Origin: a virus
IMG/VR virus record: IMGVR_UViG_3300032300_000577
Span: 1,420 to 65,419 of that record
DNA length: 64,000 nt
Reading direction: 5' to 3' (one strand)
The notes under the pieces are model-generated. The model was given only the letters and a program-made list of their open reading frames with translations. It searched no databases and had not been told where the DNA came from. Made by a program: the position numbers and the translations under genes. Shown piece by piece: positions 30,188 through 39,283 of the stretch (positions are counted from its first letter, which is position 1; each line of letters opens with the position of its first letter).

Positions 30188-30320
30188 TCTTTAACTGTTT
30201 TTTTAAATCAGCTATCTCTTTATCCTTATTCTTTAATTGGTCTTGTAAAACATCCATAAGTCTTTGAGAATTATAGATATCTACATAAAGTCTTCCTATA
30301 ATGTTAAATAGTTCGTCCAT
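30180..30320 (-). CDS. Small coiled-coil protein (46 aa), below ORF-track cutoff
   Basis: MDELFNIIGRLYVDIYNSQRLMDVLQDQLKNKDKEIADLKKQLKNE; AAGGA upstream; stop overlaps the next ATG. Confidence 0.65.
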   Translation of the reverse strand: MDELFNIIGRLYVDIYNSQRLMDVLQDQLKNKDKEIADLKKQLKNE

Positions 30321-30341
30321 ATAATAATATCCTTTATATAT

Positions 30342-30377
30342 AAAAAACCAAAAGGCGGCAAAATGCCGCCAGTTGGC
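30342..30377 (-). terminator. Intrinsic terminator after tail tube gene
   Basis: ggcggca-ttt-tgccgcc stem with flanking ccaa/ttgg pairing and a T-run on the minus strand. Confidence 0.75.
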
Positions 30378-30414
30378 TTAATATAATAGTACTTTTTATA
30401 GTATTGTCAAATCA

Positions 30415-31596
30415 CTACCATGTAATCGTTGGATTAGCAGCATAACTTCCAGCACCATCAAGCTGCAAGTAGTTATAGTTTTGGAAGCTGTATGTTAGTG
30501 TAACATTACCACCACCAGTATCTCCACCAGCATAATTGACAGATGTTACTCTGTTCTTTGTTCCAAGATCAATAGTTAGATGGTCATTACTAGTAGCTCC
30601 GCAAAGCTTAACTTTGATTTGCTGATCACGGAAACCTCCGTCAATTTGTCCGCCGTCAACACCAGCAGCACCTAAAGCATCTGGAGTTCCGTCGGAAGTT
30701 GTACTATATACATCAGCAGATGCACAAGCATAACCAGCAAAATTTCTAAAGTCATAACCACTAACAACAATAGCTCGGTCAGATCCAGAAACTCCGTCAG
30801 CACCACTACGATGCCTACCGGCAATAACTTCAAATTCACTAGTAACTTCGAATGGGAAAGTTGCATAACGACAATACTTTCCTCGTGTTCCAAGTTCTTG
30901 AATAACTTCACGACCAATTGACATGGTAACATTAACACTTTGAAGAGGATAGTCTTTAACACCAAGAGGTAGAACACTACCAGCTGTATCTAGTGTCCAT
31001 CTTTGATAAGCTGATGGAGCTGAACCACTGCCTATAACACCTCTTTCGGTAGCATCATTTCCGATCTGAGCAGCGATAGGATTACTACTATCTAGCCACC
31101 TTCTGGTATCTCCAACTAGCGTTAATTGTTCGGTAGCAACACCGTCTAGTGGAAGCTGAATTTGAAGATTAGAAACATACATACCACTGCAATGAACAGC
31201 AGCTTGAGTATTACCACTAGCATATGGCACAGACTCGGCGTAAACACCAAGAGCAATTTGTACTTCATTACTAGCTAATTCAGCAGGAGCTTTATTGTTA
31301 GCAGCGGCGTGCCCACCATTTAAGGTTGTATATAACATTTGCGAACCATCAATAGCTTTGCTAATGGTGCATTCAACCTGCGGACTTTGACTTTCCATAC
31401 GACCATAAACTTCAGTTTGGCCTAGTTGGAACATTGGCTCGAAAGCTACTGATGTTGAGAAGCCAACACTTTGAATACCTCGTGGCACTACCCAGTTGCC
31501 GTCTGTTGTTGTTTCAGTGCCGTCAGAAGCAAAACCACTAACATACTTTGGTTTGATTGCTAGAGCACTTGAGCCGAAAAATATACGTTTAGCCAT
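30415..31596 (-). CDS. Putative major tail tube protein
   Basis: Two-fold internal pattern (QSVGFST...FQLG / QSVNVTMSIGREVIQELG); GGAG RBS; own terminator; position between neck genes and chaperones/TMP. Confidence 0.7.
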   Translation of the reverse strand: MAKRIFFGSSALAIKPKYVSGFASDGTETTTDGNWVVPRGIQSVGFSTSVAFEPMFQLGQTEVYGRMESQSPQVECTISKAIDGSQMLYTTLNGGHAAANNKAPAELASNEVQIALGVYAESVPYASGNTQAAVHCSGMYVSNLQIQLPLDGVATEQLTLVGDTRRWLDSSNPIAAQIGNDATERGVIGSGSAPSAYQRWTLDTAGSVLPLGVKDYPLQSVNVTMSIGREVIQELGTRGKYCRYATFPFEVTSEFEVIAGRHRSGADGVSGSDRAIVVSGYDFRNFAGYACASADVYSTTSDGTPDALGAAGVDGGQIDGGFRDQQIKVKLCGATSNDHLTIDLGTKNRVTSVNYAGGDTGGGNVTLTYSFQNYNYLQLDGAGSYAANPTITW

Positions 31597-31657
31597 TGTG
31601 TTGTCTCCGTTTAATTAATTAAGAAGTGGATTGGTTATTATTTTTTACACCAATATT

Positions 31658-32608
31658 TTAATACCATGGGAAAATTTCTAACTTGTATCTCAAACTGGCA
31701 ATATAAAGATTTTGACCATAATTCTGCAGATCTATAATGTCGGCACCTTTGATATACACCACTGTTAATTTATACTCTGGCTTTTCAACTAATTCTGAGT
31801 ATGAAAATCCATTAGGATTTATAGACCCATCATAATTTAATGGATATACCTCATTATTGACTACTTTATTTATATCATATAGATATAATGGTCTATCTTT
31901 TTGTTGAATTAATATGTCTAAAATAATAGCTCTATCTGAATAGGTTTCAGTTAATACGTTCGCCATAATGTCTTGATATATGATATTTTTAGTCGAACCT
32001 ATTTCATAGGGTTTTAAATCAGTTCCAGGAAGTATTTCTAATACTATAGAGGGCATTTGAACTCTGTGATTAGATGTTATCTGACTAATGTTAGCAAATT
32101 TAGTAGGATCGTATGAATATTGTTGTATTTCTTTGAACCATGCTGCCTCGTTAGATTTGTAAATTTGTACATTTCTGTAGCTGTGCTCAATTTGAATATT
32201 AGATGTTAGAGGTATTGCATTATTAAAGGTTACTCTTCCCATAGGATAATTTAAACTATAAGTATAATTTCCACTACCGTTTGGACCAGCATAAAAACTA
32301 TTATTAACAGAAACTCCAGAAATAGAAATTGGTGATCCAGAACCAAAAACAGAATCGGTTTCCCAAACCCAATCTTTCTTTGTTGTTTCCCATGCTTTTC
32401 CGTTAGAAAGGGCAGGATCTTCAACAGGTTTGAGCTTCGACATATCTCCACCATATAAAGAATTGGTGGGTTTTTTAATATTGGTATATGCACCTATATT
32501 CAAGAATGCCGTATCAAAAAACGACTTCATATTATCTTCTAATTGAGATAGTATATTATACTTGCCATATTTATGAATATGATAAAAATTAGTATAGTCT
32601 GGGTTCAT
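31658..32608 (-). CDS. Putative tail completion/terminator protein
   Basis: Position directly upstream of the tail tube; VQMPSIVLE pattern. Confidence 0.5.
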   Translation of the reverse strand: MNPDYTNFYHIHKYGKYNILSQLEDNMKSFFDTAFLNIGAYTNIKKPTNSLYGGDMSKLKPVEDPALSNGKAWETTKKDWVWETDSVFGSGSPISISGVSVNNSFYAGPNGSGNYTYSLNYPMGRVTFNNAIPLTSNIQIEHSYRNVQIYKSNEAAWFKEIQQYSYDPTKFANISQITSNHRVQMPSIVLEILPGTDLKPYEIGSTKNIIYQDIMANVLTETYSDRAIILDILIQQKDRPLYLYDINKVVNNEVYPLNYDGSINPNGFSYSELVEKPEYKLTVVYIKGADIIDLQNYGQNLYIASLRYKLEIFPWY

Positions 32609-32613
32609 ATAAA

Positions 32614-33261
32614 TTATCCTTGAAAAATAGATGCTATTTGTGTTTGAATTTTATCTTCAATTTTATCTAGTGCTCTTGATGCCCAGTTATTAGAAACGCT
32701 TCCGGCAAATTCACTAGGAACTCTCCAGTTTTTATTACTGTCAACCATTAATGCCATACCAGTTCTGGAAAATTTATTAGGTCCAAGAACAACGCTATAG
32801 TTTTTAACTATTGGAGCAGTGCCTCTGAGTAATAACCATTCTAGCCAAGGTAAAGAATATCCTCCCTTAGAATCTGTAACAAATGCGTTCGGGGAATTGA
32901 TTGCGGGTTCTCCGCTCTTCTCAAAAACCTCTATTTTTATACCAATATTTATACCACTATTCGATATTTTTGACTGAACAAGATCAACATTAACACTATT
33001 ACTCATGACTGAAACAACATCGTCTACATCAACTTCTTGTGGTAATCCAAATTCATATTTTAATCTTCCTAATTTTAATGAAGAATACTCTGGTTCATTC
33101 ATCAAGGCTTCTTTAAAAGAATCTTTAATCATGGAACTAATTTTAGGAACAGATTTGCTAACTAGAGCGTCAACTTGTGGTTTTAATACAGACAATATGC
33201 TCTGTCTAATTTGACTATCGCTCTCCAAAAGCTTAATATCAATATTCATTGTCTTTGCCAC
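32614..33261 (-). CDS. Putative neck/tail completion protein
   Basis: LPWLEWLLLRG...SRTGMALM...NNWASRA; position in the head-tail joining block. Confidence 0.45.
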   Translation of the reverse strand: MAKTMNIDIKLLESDSQIRQSILSVLKPQVDALVSKSVPKISSMIKDSFKEALMNEPEYSSLKLGRLKYEFGLPQEVDVDDVVSVMSNSVNVDLVQSKISNSGINIGIKIEVFEKSGEPAINSPNAFVTDSKGGYSLPWLEWLLLRGTAPIVKNYSVVLGPNKFSRTGMALMVDSNKNWRVPSEFAGSVSNNWASRALDKIEDKIQTQIASIFQG

Positions 33262-33752
33262 ATAGTTAGAATATAATTTGTATCACCAAATCCCATGGGT
33301 TGGGGTTCTGTTAGTCTGGTATATACGAATAGGGAACCATTAGTTTCTAAACTAACTTGAGAAGCATTTTTAATTTTAGCAATGTAGGGTGATGAACATA
33401 ATGTCTGAATAACTCCGTCTGGCATTCTTACAGTATCAGAACCCCATTTGACGAAATATTTACTATCAAAAATTACTCCCATACTAATAGTTTCTGATGA
33501 GTCTCCTTGAGACAATCCTCGTCCAGAACAAACTGGACAAATTTGTCCTTCATTGAACGGAATACTTCCAGACACTTTAAACTTGTTAGCAGACCTCTTT
33601 GATATGGGATCGTATATGCAATTAGGACACAGGGTTTGATGTGTACCAGAGTATTTTAACTGACATGGTATGCTGAGAGCACCCTCTTTTAATAAGGCAT
33701 CTATGGCCCCATTGAACACAGCTTTAACTTCTGGCGTAATAATATCAAACAT
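33246..33752 (-). CDS. Putative head closure protein with Zn-finger (CPNC...CPVC)
   Basis: Paired CxxC motifs; position. Confidence 0.5.
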   Translation of the reverse strand: MFDIITPEVKAVFNGAIDALLKEGALSIPCQLKYSGTHQTLCPNCIYDPISKRSANKFKVSGSIPFNEGQICPVCSGRGLSQGDSSETISMGVIFDSKYFVKWGSDTVRMPDGVIQTLCSSPYIAKIKNASQVSLETNGSLFVYTRLTEPQPMGFGDTNYILTMWQRQ

Positions 33753-33783
33753 ATTTTATCCTAATAATTAAAGGGAGATACTA

Positions 33784-34698
33784 CTAGGATACACCGATAA
33801 AGACACCATCATTCTGTTTGTCGTATCTTTTAAAAAAGTTGTCATATTGTCTTAAATAGGTCCAATTTATAACAACAGAGTCATCGTGCATAATAGAGTA
33901 AATATAACCGAATAATATACCTTTGTTGGATTTAGAATAACAGTAGTTATTATAGCATTTATATATTGGGTATTTTTTTTTGTGATCTCTATTATATATC
34001 TTTAAATACGGTTTAGTTTTTGTGAAAGAAATTAATAGTTTCTCATTAGAGATAATTTTACCAAATATTCTTTCTAATGCATGACAGTAGGTTCCGTTGT
34101 ATGCGTCTGTTACTTTTCCTGTTTCTAATAAAGGGTATATTTTTGAGATAAGTTCTGTTGTAAAGTATTTTTTAAAAATTTTTGTTCTAGACATAAACAT
34201 GCTTCCAGCCATAAATCTTTTATCTGTTGTTTTAATCTTGAGCAAAAGAGAAAGAAGGGCTATGTGTTTTTTGTTATGTCCTACAGACTTCATAATTGTG
34301 GTTTGGTCTGTTATTGATCCGATCATACTATCTTTATTTAGCACCTCTATATTTTTTAGTAAAATATCTTTAGACCCTATTAAACAATTAAAAAGAACGT
34401 GCTTCCATTCAAACTTATTAATTAGAGATTTTTTACTATGTAGTTTAATAAAATATGGATATTCTTCCTGATCAAGATCTTGTAGTTGTAGTAGAAAAGG
34501 TCCTATATCAACCCCTTTGTTTTCTACATATCTAGTTTTTATAAGACTAAAGTCTTTAAGATCTTCTTCTATTTTTAGATTATTATTATCTTTACACAAT
34601 GCTATGTCTATTTTTATATATTCTTTAAGAGGCAATAGTAAAGGATATAGTTCGTCCCAAACTTCTGTGTGATATATATAAATTAGTACTGCTATCAT
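33784..34698 (-). CDS. Rhamnan synthesis protein F (RgpF)-like / glycosyltransferase-associated protein
   Basis: YIYHTEVW, VENKGVDIGPFL, KLHSKKS, FMAGSMF and HALERIF motifs typical of the RgpF family; ATG at 34698 preferred over the track start 34722. Confidence 0.75.
   Translation of the reverse strand: MIAVLIYIYHTEVWDELYPLLLPLKEYIKIDIALCKDNNNLKIEEDLKDFSLIKTRYVENKGVDIGPFLLQLQDLDQEEYPYFIKLHSKKSLINKFEWKHVLFNCLIGSKDILLKNIEVLNKDSMIGSITDQTTIMKSVGHNKKHIALLSLLLKIKTTDKRFMAGSMFMSRTKIFKKYFTTELISKIYPLLETGKVTDAYNGTYCHALERIFGKIISNEKLLISFTKTKPYLKIYNRDHKKKYPIYKCYNNYCYSKSNKGILFGYIYSIMHDDSVVINWTYLRQYDNFFKRYDKQNDGVFIGVS
33789..33795 (-). promoter_or_regulatory. Putative late promoter (GGTGTAT)
   Basis: 37 nt upstream of 33752, within the last codons of the RgpF-like gene. 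Confidence 0.5.
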
Positions 34699-34699
34699 C

Positions 34700-34903
34700 C
34701 TATACTTTTTTTGTTTCAACAACTTGTTTTTCTGCTTGTAAAGAAATTTCAGTCGTTGTGGGTCTTGGAATATAGTCTATTTTAGAACCGTCAGATATGG
34801 TAATTACTTTATTGATAGTATCTGCATTAGTTAATGTATTATAAAAACCTAATTCTGTTGATACTTCATTGAATTCTATATTTATGCTGTTTATTTTTAT
34901 CAT
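34700..34903 (-). CDS. Small hypothetical protein
   Basis: Fills the gap between two operon genes; ATG at 34903. Confidence 0.5.
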   Translation of the reverse strand: MIKINSINIEFNEVSTELGFYNTLTNADTINKVITISDGSKIDYIPRPTTTEISLQAEKQVVETKKV

Positions 34904-34904
34904 A

Positions 34905-36227
34905 TTATGAACAAGGGTTGTCTGGACATCCAATATTATATTCCCAAGCAGTATTCTGATTAGATCCTATAACAGTAACTGTAATCAGGGTAACTCCAGA
35001 AGGTTTACAGAAAGAAATGCTTCCACTACCTGATACTGATCCAGTATTTACGAAAGTCTGACCTCCTCCTTGTACTTGAACACTAAAAGAATCCGGAATA
35101 GTATATGCATCATACGAGAACACTACTTGTCCTTGATTCGAAGGCATAGAGTATTGATTTACTGTGGTTCCATATCCTCCACTAAAAGCCTGAGTTCCGC
35201 AATTAACGGGAGTAGAGGATGTTGGAGTTGGAGTAGGACTTGGCAGGGGTCTTGTTGGAGTTGGAGTTACTGTGAGGGTAGGAGTTGGTGTCGGAGTTTC
35301 TGCAACCGTTGGCATTGTTAGAATTAAATTCCATGATTCTAAATAACCACTTACTTGAACATCATCGTCAAAAATAATAAGAGACCAATTTCCTACCGGA
35401 ACTGTTCCAATAAATCTATTTAAAGAAGATTCTAATACTTCGTTGTTTAATTTTACTATTGAAGTTTTGTCTAGAATATTTGTATATCCAAAATTGTCAA
35501 CATTATGTAAATAGGTGTTTTGGTTTGCTTTGTTAGAGAAGGTGAAATTAAAATTAGGCTTATTATTTTGTATTTTATTGTGACCAGATAACAAAATTTT
35601 ATTTCCACTTGGTGGTTGTAATACTATTCGTAAATCTTGTGGAGACGAATGATTAAGGTTATTAAGAGATACTTCTATGTTCTCTATGACTCCAGAATCA
35701 TAAATATTAATAGTACTAATTCCCGAGGAGTTATCTAGTATATTAATTCTTTCTCCAGAATAGGAGTAAGAGAATGGGTCTAGAATTCTAGAATCACAAC
35801 ACATATCCACACAAGCATCTTCTGGTATCTGAGGCTTACATAATTCCAATGGAACCTGTACTGGAACATTTTTTGGAACTATAGTAATTGTACCATATAC
35901 TATTCTTTCTAGTGTGTATCCACTACCAGAATATTGTTCATTTGGTTGTTGAAGCTCTAAGTCGTAAACGGCTGATGTAAACGAATAGTTCTGTGTAGTT
36001 TTTGCAGGGATCTTGAGAACTATATATCCGTTATTCGTGGCTAAACTATAGTCTAAAGTTTTTTCACAATTACTAAATGTATATACCTGTCCAGCATTTG
36101 TTCTCCATCTTAAGAAGACAGCATAATTAGAAATATCGATAAGGTTGGAAGAACCATCTAGGTATTTGAAAGTTATTTCTGTTGCAGATCCGCTCTCTAT
36201 TGGAAAATCATATTGAACTGCTGGCAT
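34905..36227 (-). CDS. Virion protein: adaptor-like N-domain + proprotein-convertase P-domain + PT linker + small Cys domain
   Basis: N-terminus paralogous to 47069..47473; IEVSL..LNH...DLRIVLQPPSG...GNWSLII.DD...SGYLESWNL matches the P_proprotein pattern. Confidence 0.7.
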   Translation of the reverse strand: MPAVQYDFPIESGSATEITFKYLDGSSNLIDISNYAVFLRWRTNAGQVYTFSNCEKTLDYSLATNNGYIVLKIPAKTTQNYSFTSAVYDLELQQPNEQYSGSGYTLERIVYGTITIVPKNVPVQVPLELCKPQIPEDACVDMCCDSRILDPFSYSYSGERINILDNSSGISTINIYDSGVIENIEVSLNNLNHSSPQDLRIVLQPPSGNKILLSGHNKIQNNKPNFNFTFSNKANQNTYLHNVDNFGYTNILDKTSIVKLNNEVLESSLNRFIGTVPVGNWSLIIFDDDVQVSGYLESWNLILTMPTVAETPTPTPTLTVTPTPTRPLPSPTPTPTSSTPVNCGTQAFSGGYGTTVNQYSMPSNQGQVVFSYDAYTIPDSFSVQVQGGGQTFVNTGSVSGSGSISFCKPSGVTLITVTVIGSNQNTAWEYNIGCPDNPCS

Positions 36228-36246
36228 ATTTTAATCCTGTAAAAAT

Positions 36247-36762
36247 TTAAGAATATAAGTCTCTGCTTCTGTCTTCGTTGTATGGTAACATAAATGGATC
36301 AAAATTATTACCAACGAATGGACTAAGAATTGCTCTACAAGCATTTGCATTAGAGATATCCCAATGATCTGTAAGTTCTGCATATAATTTACATGGTCCG
36401 TGCTCAAGAATATCCTTCCATCCTGCTAAACTACCTCCTATGGCTAATTGTGCTGGTCCAAGAGAGGCTCGTATTCCTTCCATAGCTGCTTTGGTTCTAA
36501 AATTACTTTGATCTATAATACAAGCGGCTTTTAGGCTTAATAGACTAATAAAAATAGCATCATTTTCTACTGTTGGATCAGGAGTAATATTAGGACTAAC
36601 AATATTAATATTGTAGGAACGATCTAAGACAACATCAAATTCCACATATTTTGCAGCTACAACTATGACCTGTAATATTCTTTCGTCGGAATACGTTGGA
36701 TTTTCTGACAAATCATTAATTAGTGTTCTAATAATAATTGGAATTTGTTTTTTCCAGCTCAT
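36247..36762 (-). CDS. Putative head-tail adaptor
   Basis: IRTLINDL...YSDERI pattern resembles phage head-tail connector proteins. Confidence 0.5.
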   Translation of the reverse strand: MSWKKQIPIIIRTLINDLSENPTYSDERILQVIVVAAKYVEFDVVLDRSYNINIVSPNITPDPTVENDAIFISLLSLKAACIIDQSNFRTKAAMEGIRASLGPAQLAIGGSLAGWKDILEHGPCKLYAELTDHWDISNANACRAILSPFVGNNFDPFMLPYNEDRSRDLYS

Positions 36763-36800
36763 TTTTGACCCTTTTCTATAGATAGGATATCTAATCTTTA

Positions 36801-36807
36801 ATACACC
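36801..36807 (-). promoter_or_regulatory. Putative late promoter (GGTGTAT)
   Basis: 39 nt upstream of 36762. Confidence 0.6.
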
Positions 36808-36846
36808 TTATAGTGAAGGGGTAAAGATTTTAAATTAAGTGGCTAA

Positions 36847-37206
36847 TTATATTATTGAAGCGTCTATGAAAGCCTGATCGACTTGAGTTTCTGTTAACCC
36901 AAGAGCTGTCGCAAGAGGTATTAACATTGGATGTGCTCGCTCTACATATGGTGCGTATTCCCACTCAACGCGTACCATATCTCTCTGGAGTTGGTCTGGG
37001 ATAGTATCGATGGCAGCTTCTACTTGAGCGAGAGAAACGCCATTTCTGACCAGCCAAAGACGTATTTGGCGAGCTGAGACGCTTTCCGGAACGGGTGGCA
37101 CAAGATCAGCCGCTTGGTTTATACCGATAATTTCGTCAGCCTCATTCCGCACCTCCCATGTGTGCAAACCGTTAATTAAACCTATATAAGTTGTTGTTAC
37201 GCTCAT
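36847..37206 (-). CDS. Tail-fibre-associated (assembly/chaperone-like) protein
   Basis: PESVSARQIRLWL...EWEYA...LGLT..QVD..F pattern common downstream of fibre genes; ATGA overlap with the upstream gene gives start 37206. Confidence 0.6.
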   Translation of the reverse strand: MSVTTTYIGLINGLHTWEVRNEADEIIGINQAADLVPPVPESVSARQIRLWLVRNGVSLAQVEAAIDTIPDQLQRDMVRVEWEYAPYVERAHPMLIPLATALGLTETQVDQAFIDASII

Positions 37207-38201
37207 GCTAGCCTCGCCCATACATGCCCCTGTGCTGTTGAAAATACTGTTGCTGATACCGGCAAGTCCGATCCAGACAACACCGCGTTCATTCGCGGCG
37301 TTTGAGTCGCAATGCCAACACCGACGGTTCTCCCATTGTAGCTCGGCGTGGTCGTTCCAGTGGCTACCACGGCAACGGCGTACCGTGACCCGGCGTTCAA
37401 CGTGTAGCTGGCTGGATAACCGTCAACCGTCGAAAAGTTTCGCTGGTAGAGCGTGTTTGCGACGGCAAACATGGTCGTGTCGCTTGCCGTTCTAGCTACA
37501 AGAGTGAGCGTTGTCTCGTCAAAAGTGTAGAGTCCCATTCTCGCCAACGTTAACCCCGAAGCGACCGTGGTGCCGCACGCCATTGCGATAGAACTCACGG
37601 TGATCGTGACGGACGGCGTAAACATGGTGACATAAACTTGGTTTAATAGTGGTGTTGCGTTGGGTTGACTTCCTTGTCCTCTTGGAAAAATGTCAAGCAC
37701 AGAGGGTGGCTGGTTTTCCGCCCTGGCAAGACCGGCGTAGTTCACCACTTCGCTTCCGCCGACTGTCAACGTGCCGGGAATCGACGCAGCACCCGCGTTG
37801 GTAATTGTCATCATTGCAACTCCGCCAGCCTTGCTGATTTGCATACCCGGCGTAGTTGTCGCATCTGTGGCGCCAAAGTACACAGCTCCGCCAGTCGAGT
37901 TATACCTAACACCCAGCCCAAAACGCTCGTTGTTCGGAGCAAGGAAAGTGCGACCTCCGGTCACAGAGAGAGGCGTAGCAGCGTTGATCGTCAGCCCGCC
38001 CGACATGGTGTCGCCGGTCAATTCCACATAGCGAGAGTCTGCGGTTGTCTGCGTCAACGCTCCAACATCACTGGCCGTATGGGTATGCCCACTAACGCTA
38101 ACATTAACACCATTAACTTGTAAAACTCCACTAACATTAGTATTAACTCCACTGACACTAATAGTTTGTGCTAAAATTGAATTGTTATATGATAGTGACA
38201 T
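37203..38201 (-). CDS. Tail fibre-like protein
   Basis: SGHTH motif and RYVELTGDTMSGGL fibre repeat; GC-rich C-terminal module. Confidence 0.65.
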   Translation of the reverse strand: MSLSYNNSILAQTISVSGVNTNVSGVLQVNGVNVSVSGHTHTASDVGALTQTTADSRYVELTGDTMSGGLTINAATPLSVTGGRTFLAPNNERFGLGVRYNSTGGAVYFGATDATTTPGMQISKAGGVAMMTITNAGAASIPGTLTVGGSEVVNYAGLARAENQPPSVLDIFPRGQGSQPNATPLLNQVYVTMFTPSVTITVSSIAMACGTTVASGLTLARMGLYTFDETTLTLVARTASDTTMFAVANTLYQRNFSTVDGYPASYTLNAGSRYAVAVVATGTTTPSYNGRTVGVGIATQTPRMNAVLSGSDLPVSATVFSTAQGHVWARLA

Positions 38202-38216
38202 TATTTTTACTCTTTA

Positions 38217-39062
38217 TTATTTCTTTGTGAAGTCATATGATGGTGGATTAAAAGATGCTGTATACCGAGCTACTCCTTTTGTGATTCGGATAGAATCCAT
38301 ATAACCAGTAAAAAATCGACTTGTGTTATTTTCTATACTTCCGATTCTACTAATGGACTGTGTATATGTTCTATTATCAGTTGCAGTAGCCACTTGCGTA
38401 CCATTAATAAATGAACGTAATGTGGAACCACTGCGAGTCCAAGCTACGTGAGACCACACGTTCTTCGATACTCTTGCAGATGGGGGTGAATACATTGCAA
38501 CGCCAGCGCCGTTATTGTCGCTATAATATGCCAATTTCCCTGCGTTTGATGCGAGGTCGTTGGCTATGAAAAAAAAGGTGTTTGCTGAGGCGAAAATAAA
38601 CATATCTGCTGTATATTCCGCTGGCGATGCAATTGATTCCCTACTGTACGCTGTCGGATAAACCCATGCCTCAACAGTAAAGTTTCCGCTGCCAAAGTTC
38701 AAAACATTGCCAATGTCGTCATATAATTCGATACGGCTACTCACTCCATCAAAAAACGCTGACTTAGTTCCAAATTTCACTTGTTGCGTCGATGTGGTAA
38801 TGCCGCCCGCTGCAGTTATTGTCAATGGATTTGAGAGTGTCGGTCCGGCATGACTGAAGTTGTTTTCGAAATTCAACAACAGAGACACGCTAGAAATGTG
38901 TAAATCGTCCCACGACTCAATCGGCGTCCGCAGCCAATAATTCGTCGCAGTGCAAATGTATTGATACTGCGAATCGTAGGCGATCTGTCCTACCGTCCCA
39001 TTATCTGTCGCGGAAGCTGGTACCGGACCACCTTGATATAATTGTATTCTTGAAAGAGGCAT
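38217..39062 (-). CDS. LamG/concanavalin A-like lectin domain protein
   Basis: FGSGNFTVEAWVYP...WSHVAWTRSGSTLRSFING...GYMDSIRITKGVARY. Confidence 0.8.
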   Translation of the reverse strand: MPLSRIQLYQGGPVPASATDNGTVGQIAYDSQYQYICTATNYWLRTPIESWDDLHISSVSLLLNFENNFSHAGPTLSNPLTITAAGGITTSTQQVKFGTKSAFFDGVSSRIELYDDIGNVLNFGSGNFTVEAWVYPTAYSRESIASPAEYTADMFIFASANTFFFIANDLASNAGKLAYYSDNNGAGVAMYSPPSARVSKNVWSHVAWTRSGSTLRSFINGTQVATATDNRTYTQSISRIGSIENNTSRFFTGYMDSIRITKGVARYTASFNPPSYDFTKK

Positions 39063-39106
39063 ATTGGTTATTTAAATAAAGGTTGTTATTGGTAGGTTAT
39101 AGTAAA

Positions 39107-39113
39107 ATACACC
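39107..39113 (-). promoter_or_regulatory. Putative late promoter (GGTGTAT)
   Basis: 45 nt upstream of 39062. Confidence 0.6.
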
Positions 39114-39128
39114 ATAGGAAGAAGCATA

Positions 39129-39233
39129 TCATGGATGCCGCCAAACAAGGTAGCAGAGGCACAATGTCTGCATAATAGAACAAAGAAGAAAGATTGTGGT
39201 TTCGTCTATTAGGGCGTAGTAAAGGAGTGTCAT
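39129..39233 (-). CDS. Possible 34-aa single-pass membrane peptide
   Basis: MTLLYYALIDETTIFFFVSIMQTLCLCYLVWRHP fills an intergenic gap. Confidence 0.35.
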   Translation of the reverse strand: MTLLYYALIDETTIFLLCSIMQTLCLCYLVWRHP

Positions 39234-39283
39234 GAGATGCTTACTTAGTTAAAAATTAAAGTATAAATAATTTTTGAGATGTT

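Noticed and set aside
15880-31760. Extra GGTGTAT hits inside genes (15880, 28403, 29487, 31754)
   Set aside because: No start codon with RBS at the usual 25-60 nt distance; a few chance hits of a 7-mer are expected in 64 kb.
37205-38123. Plus-strand ORFs in the GC-rich patch as a possible IS or inserted gene
   Set aside because: No transposase motifs or terminal inverted repeats; stop-poor antisense frames are expected in GC-rich coding DNA.
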